A DNA stretch of 63,568 nt, counting the filler, from Octopus bimaculoides (taxonomy: Eukaryota): assembly GCF_001194135.2 (NCBI RefSeq). It is 11 parts of 11 records of this genome, joined end to end, with 100 filler letters (N's around TTAATTAATTAA, not from the genome) between each part and the next. Parts side by side here need not be neighbours in the genome. Positions count along the whole stretch, not along the records: positions 46,910 to 53,378 come from NC_068993.1; positions 53,479 to 60,948 come from NC_068984.1; positions 61,049 to 62,205 come from NW_026322706.1; positions 62,306 to 63,568 come from NC_068981.1; 7 more parts are not named here. One strand, 5' to 3'. The translations under genes and the position numbers were made by a program. Positions 52,170 to 63,568 of the stretch are shown in pieces. Each line of letters begins with the position of its first letter. The first letter of the stretch is position 1. The notes under the pieces were generated by a model. It was not told where the DNA came from and did not search any database. It saw nothing but the letters and a program-made list of their open reading frames with translations.

Positions 52170-52550
52170 GNNNNNNNNNNNNNNNNNNNNNNNNNNNNNN
52201 NNNNNNNNNNNNNNNNNNNNNNNNNNNNNNNNNNNNNNNNNNNNNNNNNNNNNNNNNNNNNNNNNNNNNNNNNNNNNNNNNNNNNNNNNNNNNNNNNNNN
52301 NNNNNNNNNNNNNNNNNNNNNNNNNNNNNNNNNNNNNNNNNNNNNNNNNNNNNNNNNNNNNNNNNNNNNNNNNNNNNNNNNNNNNNNNNNNNNNNNNNNN
52401 NNNNNNNNNNNNNNNNNNNNNNNNNNNNNNNNNNNNNNNNNNNNNNNNNNNNNNNNNNNNNNNNNNNNNNNNNNNNNNNNNNNNNNNNNNNNNNNNNNNN
52501 NNNNNNNNNNNNNNNNNNNNNNNNNNNNNNNNNNNNNNNNNNNNNNNNNC

Positions 52551-53000
52551 ACGGATTTCATTATAGAATGTCCTAGCTACAACGTCATGTCTCATCGGTA
52601 GATAATACCGTGGTGACATTTTCGGACAACTGCTTATGATGTGGGGGATATCTTCAGTGTAAACTCCACAAAGTCTGCATCGGTTGTCACATTTTACTGC
52701 TTTTCCTTCATCTCTATCCTCTTTGTGCATCAGGTACTTGGTTGATATTTCCCGTTCCTGGATTGCAAATGCATACCCTTCAAAGTGGGAGGTAGTAATC
52801 CGGCTATTGGTCTATGAGAAACTGCTTTGATGATCGATGTTACTATCATCACGGAGCTTTCTACTAACATATCTATGCATATTTTTCTGCTCATATAGGC
52901 TAATCCTTTCATCTGATGATACGTTGCGGTAGAATCAAGCGACTTCTTTGGGCATGTATTCTAGGTTACCAGACAAAGAATGTTGCTCAAGGAGCTGCCT
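52551..53000 (-). mobile_element. R4/Dong-type LINE fragment with CCHC knuckle
   Basis: CRLCGVYTEDIPHIISSCPKMSPRYYLPMRHDVVA, with upstream EGYAFAIQE. Confidence 0.85.
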
Positions 53001-53315
53001 TCCAAGTCTTACGATGTTATCAGCCTCATGTATGTATGCATGTATGTATGCATGCATACATACATGCATGCATGCATGTATGTATGTTTGTATGTATGTA
53101 TGTATATATGTTTGTATGTATGTATGTGTGTATGCATGTATGTATGTATACATGTATTCCTGGACAGATGGATAACTGAGATAATATATGTATGTATGTA
53201 TGCATAATGACTAAATGAATATAAGTGTATATGTTTGTGTGTACATATCTATGCATGCGTAATTATAGATAACATAGATGTATACTCACACATATACACA
53301 CACGCACATACCCCT

Positions 53316-53351
<36 letters not shown>

Positions 53352-53514
53352 GTAAGTATGTATATATATATATATATANNNNNNNNNNNNNNNNNNNNNN
53401 NNNNNNNNNNNNNNNNNNNNNNTTAATTAATTAANNNNNNNNNNNNNNNNNNNNNNNNNNNNNNNNNNNNNNNNNNNNAAATAGATAGCTTATTTTCTTG
53501 TTGTCAATTTTATA

Positions 53515-54385
53515 GCCATACCCTGTTCTATTCAGTTCACTTGAGAGCTCAGAAAATATAAAGATTTGCTAATCGAAAAGATGTAGGATCTCAAGACGGT
53601 TACAATACCAGTGATTGTAGGAGCACTTGGAATGATCAAAAAAGGGAATTGAAAATTATTTAAGAATGATCCCTGGCTTACGATTCATTCAGGAAGTGCA
53701 AAAGATTGTCTTAACTGGTACGTCACACGTATTGAGAAGAACATTGTCGCTGTGAATTTTTCTTTCTTTTTCCCGCTTTATTTTATTCGTTTACTTTTTT
53801 ATTTTTATTTTTTCTCTTTGTCTCCTTTTTTCTATCACATGACTTTGTAAATGAACAATATGGTGTGTTTATTTTAATGGCCTTCCAATGTATACAGTAC
53901 GACTCTCTGCCCTAGGTGTCAGGAAGACACTCGGCAAGAAATGGAAACTGAATTGAAAGATGCTAATGAAAATGATAATAATAATAATGATAATAATAAT
54001 AATAGATAAAAAGAATTGAAAATGCTAGATAATTGACTTTACAGTCCCAAATGATGAAAAAAAATCAATATGGGAGATATAGAAAAAATAGCAAAGTATC
54101 AGGACCTAGCTTTGAATTGCAAAGACTATGGAAAGTGTGGGTAAATTGTATCCCAGTAGTTATAGGTGCATTGGGAACTATCCCTAAAGATTTGAACAGA
54201 TGGATAGAAGAAATAGGCATAGAACTTAGTTTAGCATAGCTCCAGAAAACAGTGTTATTAGGGACAGCTAGGATACTTAAGCGGGTTCTTGGCATCTAAG
54301 GTTACTTGTTGTAGTCAGATGTTAAGGTTTTTTTCTTTTCCAACAATCTAATTTGTTGTGTGTATATGCAAATAATGATAATAAT

Positions 54386-54436
<51 letters not shown>

Positions 54437-54445
54437 AATAATAAC

Positions 54446-54519
<74 letters not shown>

Positions 54520-54900
54520 CAATTAGATCGCTGTGGAATAATGTGGGATTCAAATAGCTAGCAGTGCTGTAAGACAATAAGCTAATGGGAGGAGAAATGA
54601 AAGAAAAAATCACTAAAGAGTACAACAGGGGAATTAAGAAGGTACTCGAAGCAAAATTAGATGGGGCGGGGCACATCCTTAAAGCCATAAGTACATTGGC
54701 AATACAGTATTGAGATACTCAGCCCCCTTTTTGAAATGGACAATGGTGGTGATACAGAATTTAGAGAGGAGAAGATAGAAAGCTACTCTCAACGCAAAAT
54801 GCAGTCCGTCTTAAAAAAAAGTAATACCTATCTTCTATCTTCCTAGAAGGAGAGGTGATGTTTACTGGAATAAGGCACGAGATCAGGAGGTGATACAACA
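53515..54900 (+). mobile_element. Three stacked R4/Dong fragments separated by (AAT)n/(AAC)n arrays
   Basis: REL ends at 53515-53755 (IPVIVGALG...VLTGTSHVLRRTL) and 54010-54300 (IPVVIGALGTIPKDL; 3' UTR shared with the 14910 element). Thumb-like fragment at 54580-54900. Confidence 0.85.
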
Positions 54901-55153
54901 CTGAGGCAATGCATGAGTTAGTCACCTTTGTCTATCATTTCAGAAACACCTGCTTCTCTGTTGAATTTTTTAGTGAAACTGGCCACCTCTACTCATGCCC
55001 TCTTTCTAATCGTTATCCATCTGGTGGTCAGGATCGAACCAAACTCCGAGTCCACGCCCTTGTGGCAGAAATCGCCTTCCTGCATAGATTTGTCTATCAA
55101 GCGTCGAACTGAAAGTCCACTAATTTGTCTCCGTTAATAAGTGTTCTCCGCAA

Positions 55154-55677
55154 GGCGGCGAGCTGGCACAATCGTTAGCACGCTGGGCGAAATGCTTAGC
55201 GGTATTTCGTCTGCCGCTACGTTCTGAGTTCAAATTCCAGCAAGGTCGACTTTGCCTTTCATCCTTTCGGGGTCGATAAATTANNNNNNNNNNNNNNNNN
55301 NNNNNNNNNNNNNNNNNNNNNNNNNNNNNNNNNNNNNNNNNNNNNNNNNNNNNNNNNNNNNNNNNNNNNNNNNNNNNNNNNNNNNNNNNNNNNNNNNNNN
55401 NNNNNNNNNNNNNNNNNNNNNNNNNNNNNNNNNNNNNNNNNNCGTTAATAAGTGTTCTCCGCAAGGCGGCGAGCTGGCACAATCGTTAGCACGCCGGGCG
55501 AAATGCTTAGCGGTATTTCGTCTGCCGCTACGTTCTGAGTTCAAATTCCACCGAGGTCGACTTTGCCTTTCATCCTTTCGGGGTCGATAAATTAAGTACT
55601 AGTTGCGTACTGGGGTCGATGTAATCGACTGGCCCCCTCCTCCAAAATTTCGGGCCTTGTGCCTAGAGTAGAAAAGA
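55154..55677 (+). mobile_element. SINE family A (55465-55677), with its 5' part and flank repeated before the gap (55154-55283)
   Basis: The flank cgttaataagtgttctccgcaa occurs on both sides of the N run. Imperfect TSD aagtg(t/c)tctcc. Confidence 0.85.
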
Positions 55678-57087
55678 ACAAGTGCTCTCCTCATTACCAA
55701 CAGCTACTCTTTCAGTATGGTACCGATCACTTCAGTTTCCGTTTTGATTAATACAATCATGAAAACGTTGTCCACATAAGCAGATAGGTCTTTCCTGTAT
55801 CCCAGTTCAAGTAGGAAGTTCCTCAACGCCTCCAGATTTTGCAGCAGTAGTTTGAGCGCCAAAACCTAAAAAAGCGTTGAACGATGGCATCTTTGACGAG
55901 ACGAACTCGCGATGCGAAGCGGTTCCCATAGGTGACCGTTTAGTTTGACTTATTAATGATAAACAGCCACTACGTGAATATGAATGACCTCAATCTGTAT
56001 ATATAATAAACAGGACAACAGTCGCATACACGCGACATAAATTTCATGATATATATCAATGCCTTTTTACAGGTGAAAAGCATAATTTTAAAATTTGTGA
56101 CATCTAATTGTATAAATAAACAGAGATAAGAAAATTAATTCTACGACAGACTTACAAATATATGCCTAGTTAAAAACCTAAATAATACAATAGTCAAAGA
56201 TGAATATAAAAAAGTTAACACTCTAAAATAGGATTATTATGCCAAACGGAAGATAATCGCTCTCTCAGTATTGTATCTGCTCCTATATGTTTGGTTATTC
56301 TATACTCTCAAACTTAGATAGTTACAGCTGTAACTATACCCCGCAGTTATCTTAATGAAAGAAAGACATGGTGAAATATTAAAGGTTTCTAAAATAGACA
56401 CAAGGTCACTTTGGTAGAATTGATATCGACCTCAAATAAAAAAGACAAAGTCAACTTTGCCGGCAATCGTGCATTCCCAAAAAAAATTTACACTGGAAGG
56501 GATATCGGTAAATGACACTAAAGATTTTCCGAAATTAAAAAGAAAAACGTCTATAAAACATTTACTTAGCTTTCAGCTTGATGATGGAGTAAAAGAGGCG
56601 TGAATATGACACTCAGCGTATTTTAAGGCACATTTTAGACCCGATGGGGTACATCTCCCTTTCAAGGTCTAACTACAATCGATTTTATTGGGGACGGTTG
56701 ACTTCAGCGTCACTTGAACTCAAATAGCAATGAGTTGGAAATGAAGATCGTGAAAAACTTCATCCAGTGTTTAAAGACTCTGCCAATTCGCCGCAGTATC
56801 AGACTTCAAACTACAAGAACACTTCTTAGGATTTCTCGGCCATATTCCTTAGTTTGAAAAATCCTGCGAGACGATAGTGATAGCCTGCGTTGGAAATAGC
56901 ACTGGGATCGATGTAATCTACTATCTCTTCCCCACAAATTCCAGGCCTTGTGCCAATAGTAGAAAGTATTATTATTATTATTATTCAGTACTTGTTATGT
57001 TTCTTTTCATTATATGTTTTTGGTAATTTCTGGTGGGGAGGCTTTGGTCTTGTGCAGCAATTAAAAATCCTTCAGTCTCTGCTTTGA

Positions 57088-57168
<81 letters not shown>

Positions 57169-57282
57169 ATCATTATTATTATTATTTGCATATACAGATG
57201 ATTGAGTCCTAAGCTTCTCAACCATTGCTGGGATTTTTCTCTGTCTATTTCTTTGGCTATTATTATTATTATTATTATTGTA

Positions 57283-57336
<54 letters not shown>

Positions 57337-57339
57337 GTA

Positions 57340-57393
<54 letters not shown>

Positions 57394-57394
57394 G

Positions 57395-57900
57395 GTTTGA
57401 TCCAGATTCAGTCTTATTCCTGGTAGAATTTATGTCGATAGCGGATTACTACCTGTAACCTTAGGCATCCACAAGTGTCTTTCAAGAGTCATTCAAGTGC
57501 TTAGAACCCTCTTGGTAATCTTCCCTATTCCTAAGAGGCACATTTTCAGTAGAAGCTCCGCGGAGCATTCCTTTCCAATCCAATCTCTTTCAACCATTTG
57601 TCTATATCATAACTCACAGTTCCTAATGCACCAGTTATTAAAATTCCCGCAATTTAACATTTTAAGGGATTGTATTTTTTTTAATTTTCTACTTTCTTTC
57701 TTTACAATCCTAGACATGATCGATCAATTAGTAAGCAACTTCGCTTTTCCTTATCAATTATTGATATGCTTGGTTTATTATTTTCTAGCCACTAGTTAAC
57801 TGAATAGGAAAATCCCTAAAAATCTTGCATTTCTCCGACTTGAGCACTCTTTCAACCCGATCAATATACCAAGTGATTCCAGCTCCAAAACCACATTTCT
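57395..57900 (-). mobile_element. R4/Dong-type REL 3' fragment within (ATT)n/(GTT)n/(CAT)n arrays
   Basis: Minus strand ...LITGALGTVS...LLKMCLLGIGKITKRVL and a 3' UTR related to 54290-54320. Confidence 0.75.
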
Positions 57901-57926
57901 GACATTATCACCATCATCATCACCAC

Positions 57927-57977
<51 letters not shown>

Positions 57978-57997
57978 TATTATTATTATTATTATTA

Positions 57998-58028
<31 letters not shown>

Positions 58029-58034
58029 CATTAA

Positions 58035-58245
58035 GGCGGCGAGCTGGCAGAATCGTTAGCACGCTGGACGAAATGCTTAACGGTGTTTCGCCTGTCGCTA
58101 CGTTCTGAGTTCAAATTCCGGCGATGGCAACTTTGCCATTAATCCTTTCGGGATCGGTAAATTAAGTACCAGTGAAACATTGGGTCGATGTAATCAATTA
58201 GTCCCCTTCCCACAAAATTTGAGGCCTTGTGCTTCCAGTAGAAAG
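58035..58245 (+). mobile_element. SINE family A inserted in an (ATT)n array
   Basis: ggcggcgagctggcagaatcgttagc...gagttcaaattcc, flanked by ATT repeats. Confidence 0.88.
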
Positions 58246-58260
58246 CATTATTATTATTAT

Positions 58261-58295
<35 letters not shown>

Positions 58296-58665
58296 AAGTT
58301 GGTGGATTAGTAGACAGATATAGCTCCAAAGGGCCATAGTGGTACTTGGTTTTGTCCCAGAGTTGAAAGCCTCTTCAGCTCTTCTGTATTCTTGATCCCC
58401 TGAGAAGGGACAAATTTAATAGCAGATATCTGCTGCAAGTTAACTAGATCGGCTGAATTTACTCTAAATAATTTTTTTAAATGTGTTTGTGAGTGAAGGA
58501 AGGAAATCCTTATTGTTTAGAAAAAGAGAGATTGTGGAATGGCCGAGTGTGATGTAACAAATACATGACGTCATAAGGATCTGCTGTTACTGTGGTTACT
58601 AATGCGTCTGCTAGTTGTACCTTTCTAGAATGCACGCTTACTATATTCATTTTCTACACAAAAAA

Positions 58666-59010
58666 CGTGGTCATAGGATCGCGGTTTCGATTCCCAGACC
58701 GGACGTTGTGAGTGTTTATTGAACGAAAACACCTAAAGCTCCACGAGGCTCTGGCAGGGGATGGTGTACTCTTTCACCACAACTTTCTTTCACTCTTACT
58801 TCCTGTTTCTGTTGTGCCTGTATTTCAAAGGACCAGCCTTGTCACAATGTGTCACGCTGAATATCCCCGAGAACTACGTTAAGGGTACACGTGTGTGTGG
58901 AGTGCTCAGCTACTTGCACGTTAATTTCACGAGCAGGCTGTTCCGTTGATCGGATCAACTGGAACCCTCGACGTCGTAAGCGACGGAGTGCCAACAACGG
59001 CAACAACAAC
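58666..59010 (+). mobile_element. SINE family E, 5'-clipped, (CAA)n tail
   Basis: Reverse complement of 47811-48150. Confidence 0.85.
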
Positions 59011-59294
59011 ACAAAAAACACAACACTCACTTTTTTCGAAGTGGTGGTTTCAGTCTGTTGGCTGTTGTGGTGAGACGGTGATACTAGTGTGTTAATGTGA
59101 TTGCTGTATTTTGAATCAGAGGTTTTTGTAGTTGAATTTGTTGACGATTGAAGTTCAGTTCCGGGTCAGTTCTAATCGAATCTATATATGAGATGCCATC
59201 CATGATCATCCCATCGATTCAAGCATAAGAGAGAAAAAATAGATAAATGCAGGGGTCTGACCGGCGGCTATAAGTTTATGTCGGTCGCCATCTA

Positions 59295-59570
59295 GTCTTC
59301 GGGGGTTCTCAGACCCCGCTCTACCGATCTCCACCACAAAATCAGGATAACGGCGGCCCGTCTAAGAAATGAGCTCCGCGAGATGGCGTGGCGGCTACAG
59401 TAGGTGTCGTTGGCCGTTTTCCGCGGCAACACCATCGCTATCATGACCACATGGTGCGCCGATTGTCCTGGAACGTGCAGTCCATTGCCTCCTCCCCTCC
59501 CCCTTCTGCTGCTGCTTAATTCCCCCACTTCTTGTTTCTGTTTCCCCTTTCTTTGTAATAAAATTTTGAT
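59295..59570 (+). mobile_element. CRE/SLACS-like non-LTR 3' fragment (REL end)
   Basis: SGVLRPRSTDLHHKI...EMAWRLQ*VSLAVFRGNTIAIMTT resembles the CRE-clade terminal QRLSVAVQRGNA motif. Confidence 0.6.
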
Positions 59571-59808
59571 TCGAAACAGTTTATTTTATATTTCGATTAC
59601 GATAACTATATTATCCACACATACCAGAGTATACGTCTTTGAAGGCGGTACAATTTGAGGTAGATGCACCACCCATTTGTAGATGGTTGAGTGACCCTTT
59701 GGTGACTCCCTTTCGTTTGCCAGCTCAGAATTCAAGAAGTTCCTGGTCGTCAGCAAGAAATAATGTCATAAAAATACCCTAACTATGCGTCTAATTTGTC
59801 TTTTACAG

Positions 59809-60001
59809 GCAACGTCAGAAATATCTCGAGGTGCTCGGTCTTCGAATCAGTAATCAAATGAAGGAACTAAATGATGATGAGAACGAAAGAATTGAGAAAG
59901 TGGCACAGGAAAAAGAAAATGAAAAATTGCGAATTGAAGAACAGAAGAAAAAGAATTATGATATACATACGGAAGAAATCCTTGCAAATATGAAAGCTAA
60001 G
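59809..60001 (+). CDS. Internal coding exon of a coiled-coil protein, possibly CFAP210/CCDC173 (trichoplein-like ciliary family)
   Basis: Acceptor gtcttttacag|G and donor AAG|gtaaga. Open frame QRQKYLEVLGLRISNQMKELNDDENERIEKVAQEKENEKLRIEEQKKKNYDIHTEEILANMKAK. Family assignment is from recalled similarity only. Confidence 0.75.
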
Positions 60002-61065
60002 GTAAGACAGTGTGTCTATGCTTGTTCAAAACCACAGAGGAACTTAATGTTTCCACGTCACCCTCGATTCTACGTGACGGCCATTGTTTTTTTTTAGTCT
60101 TACATTATTCATTCGTTCGTTTCCTTCTATTTGTGTCTTTCTATCAAATTCAATGTAAAACTGCGATCATTTTATGATCACGAATACTAAAAACCGAACG
60201 AATACCAGCGTCGGTGTTTTGGTTTATTGGAACATTGAGCTGGATTAACAGTAACATATGAAAGCTAAGGTAAGAGAGTGCGTCTATGCTTGCTCTTAAT
60301 ATGAATATATATACGTACATACATGCATGCATGCATACATACATACATGCATACATACATACATACATACATACATACATAGAAGCATATGACGTGTGTG
60401 CGTGCATGTGTGTGCATGCGTGTCTGTGAAATGGTTTAGTCATTCTTTTTATTATGAACATAGTCCTTGTAGCGGTGCTGATATTAAAAGTTTCACACGC
60501 TTCCTCACGAGGAAAGTAATGCAAACTGATACGTAGTATTATTTTCAACATAAAGTAAATATATACTGCAAATCAAAGATAAATATACTCTACCTTTTGA
60601 ATGCAGTGTACTTTCTGCGTTTCTTTTGTGACTGCACTTTTCAGAATCTTACGTTCTTTGTTAGTTCATTCTAGAGATCCCTACTGTTTCTAGACATCCA
60701 TATTTGGTTCATTCTAGACATCCGAACACTTTCTATATTTCATTGTTGCCTCACTAATTCTTTTCTCAATTGTCCTTATTTTCCAACGCTAAAAACTTTC
60801 ATTACGTCGACACATTATTTCTCTCATATATAGTCTTTCGTTCTTCCTATCATTTATCTTAAATGTCAACTTCTCATGACGCTGCTTGTATAATTGTACC
60901 CATGCCTTTCTAAAATTTTATTTAACAATTTATATATCAGAATCCTCCNNNNNNNNNNNNNNNNNNNNNNNNNNNNNNNNNNNNNNNNNNNNTTAATTAA
61001 TTAANNNNNNNNNNNNNNNNNNNNNNNNNNNNNNNNNNNNNNNNNNNNCCTGCCTGCCTGCCTGC

Positions 61066-61098
<33 letters not shown>

Positions 61099-62019
61099 CA
61101 TCTATCTATTTATATCTGTCTCTCTATGTTTCTCTCTCAGCCTGTCCGTCTTTCTGTCTGTATGTTTACGTGTTTGTCTGTGCGTCTGATGAGCCGCCTC
61201 TATCACTATGGTTACCAATCGCCATGACAACACAATATATAGAAGTCAGAACAATTCCCAGAACCACAAAGATGGTATTTCCTATTTCTGGAATATTCTT
61301 ATCGATATTTCCCTTCCAACCAAATGTTGACGTTCAAGAACTTCTGTCTTCCTCTCGGTGTCTGTATGTGTGTGTGTATATGTATGTATATATATGTGTG
61401 TATGTGTATGTGTACGTGTGTGTGACTGTGTGTATGTTTGCGTACATTTGTGTATATGTGTATGTGTGTATGTGTGTGTGTATGTGTATGGTTGTGTGTG
61501 CGTACGAATATATGTTTGCACGCGTGTATATGTTTGTGTATACATGTGTACATGTGTATGTGTGGATCTGTGAATGCTTGTATGTATGCGTATGAGAGTG
61601 GGCGTATGTGTATGTATGTATGCGTGTGTATATCTGCATATAGATGTGTCTGAATGTATGTGTGTGCATGTGTGCACATGTGTATGTATGTATATATGTG
61701 TGTGTATATTATGTATATGTAGATGTGTGTATGTACGTATATGTATGTGTGTGTACGTGTATGCGTGTGTGTATGTTTGTGAATATATATCTATGTATAA
61801 ATGTACGGATATGTGTGTATATGCATGAAGTGTACGTCTGTATGTGTGTGTGTGTGAGAGTATCTGTATATGCATGATTTTATGTTAGTGTTTATGTGTG
61901 TGTGTCTGTGTGTGTGCGTGTGTTGTTTGTATTGACTTGTGCATGTTTGTGTGTGTGTGTGTGTGTGTGTGTGCGTAACTGTGTGAATATATAACTCCTT
62001 ATGTGTGCGCGTGTGTATG

Positions 62020-62200
62020 TATAAATCTGGCGACACTAACAGAGGTGCCACCAACTACAAACAGAGCAAGACTGCAGGGGCACAAGGAAAACGCGAGCCA
62101 CACAAGTCCAGCACCAGTGTCCGACCTGCGGAAGATCCTTCTGAGCATGCATCGGATAGAGTCGGATACGGCCGGCCACACCGTGACTCTCTTCTTACAT
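62020..62200 (+). mobile_element. RTE LINE C-terminal zinc-finger fragment
   Basis: Frame reads W...RKTRATQVQHQCPTCGRSF*ACIG*SRIRP, the decayed RTE terminal CPxCGRxFxARIGLxSH motif. Confidence 0.7.
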
Positions 62201-62961
62201 GTGATNNNNNNNNNNNNNNNNNNNNNNNNNNNNNNNNNNNNNNNNNNNNTTAATTAATTAANNNNNNNNNNNNNNNNNNNNNNNNNNNNNNNNNNNNNNN
62301 NNNNNATATATATATATATATATAGTGAGAGAGAGAGAGAGAGAAAGGTAGAGAGAGTGGCAATAATATATATATATGTATATAATTTATATATGTAAAC
62401 AAAACCAAAAAGGGAAGAGAAAAGGCAAGGAATAATAATAGATTCACTCAAGTAATTATATAATTTTTTTTTATTTATTTGAATTTTTTGTTGTACCCAA
62501 CAAACACACGCTCACGCACACACACACACATACACACATTTACACATACACAAACACACACATACACACACGAATACTCATACAATTATATATATTATAT
62601 ATATATATATTTGTATACATGTATACATACGGGTAGATATTTTTTCTTTTACATTTACATGTGTAAATATGTATCTTTACACAAGTAAATATACATATAT
62701 ATACACATAAAATAATACACCAATTTATACACTCACATACGCCTACATTCATAACGTAATATATACTCATAAGTATAAATAAGAAGCGTTTCCAGGCAGA
62801 CACGTACATAAACACACATGGCATATATAACACACATATTCATCTCCATACATAACACATATATACAGTCAGTACAACATACGACATAATAGAGAGTTTT
62901 TTGAGACACAAAACATCAAAGAAACAGTAGCACCCTGGGTTGTTTTGGTATTGTTATTACC

Positions 62962-63523
62962 ATGACAGAGAACAGTAATGGAAGCGTGGTGGATTGTGGG
63001 GTCATTGGCCAGAATATACCGGCCGTCAAGGAGGTTATTAAATGTAGCAGTATGGTGGTCAACACACGGACACATCATCACACGGACAAAAGTCAGTTAT
63101 CAGACAAGGCTTCGGCCTTCTCTATAGCCGCGATTCTCGGCGACAAGATGCCCGTCGATCGGAAGGACAATAGTAACAGCATAAACCACCACAACAGCAA
63201 TAACACCATCAACATCATCAACAACATCAACTGTGGTATACCAACGACGACGACGACGACGACGACGACGCCGCCGTCGCGGACGTCACGGACGACGACG
63301 CCGACATCGCCGGGGCCGTTAACAACGTCGACGTCATCGCCGCCGCCGCCGCTGCACACGGCGACAACGACGACGCCGCCACCCCCGACGTTGTCACCGA
63401 ATTCTCGGCTACCGTCGTTGACGGCGTCGTTAGCGCCGACGTTAGTCGGTTCGACCTCGGAGTCAATCAACTTGCGATTAGGAAACACGTCACCCTGTGC
63501 CATAGTTTCCCCACATGTTTACG
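62962..63523 (+). CDS. TBX20: Probable first coding exon of a TBX20-like T-box transcription factor (eh1 Groucho-binding motif)
   Basis: Upstream stop at 62902, accATG at 62962 (alternative ATG at 63052), open frame to donor ACG|gtaagt (phase 1). KSQLSDKASAFSIAAIL resembles the TBX20 N-terminal KPQLSSRANAFSIAALM. The T-box itself is outside the window. Confidence 0.65.
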
Positions 63524-63568
63524 GTAAGTTCAACACAACTTTTATTATTACGTCCATATCTATATTAG

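Noticed and set aside
55132-55600. Apparent tandem SINE duplication
   Set aside because: The same unique flank occurs on both sides of a gap, so it is probably an unmerged contig overlap or haplotype.
59702-59756. Minus-strand CUGACGA-CCAG..CUGG-CAAA
   Set aside because: G12 is absent, position 10.1 is a pyrimidine and there is no stem I.
61214-61232. RFX X-box-like ATCGCCATGACAAC
   Set aside because: Degenerate motif downstream of the putative ciliary exon with no TSS evidence.
63093-63503. Minus-strand 136-aa and 79-aa ORFs
   Set aside because: Antisense shadows of the + strand T-box exon.

Overview
Repeat-saturated, AT-rich, gapped eukaryotic scaffold. The SINE/LINE repertoire and microsatellite load suggest an octopus or other cephalopod (inference). 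Only two host coding exons are supportable, both on the + strand at the far right: an internal coiled-coil exon (59809-60001, CFAP210/trichoplein-like) and a probable first coding exon of a TBX20-like T-box gene (62962-63523, eh1 motif). The rest is decayed R4/Dong-type LINEs stacked at (TAA)n arrays, an RTE LINE, CRE, mariner and hAT fragments, about five tRNA-derived SINE families, and microsatellites. The most interesting structure is a set of hammerhead-ribozyme-like motifs, not visible in the ORF track, of the Penelope minimal type I kind with palindromic stem III. Several have very long AT-rich loop II inserts, and several sit in both arms of long foldback inverted repeats (1-528, 31936-32335). 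Most ORFs in the supplied track are microsatellite or N-gap artefacts. All alignments were done by eye and no searches were run.
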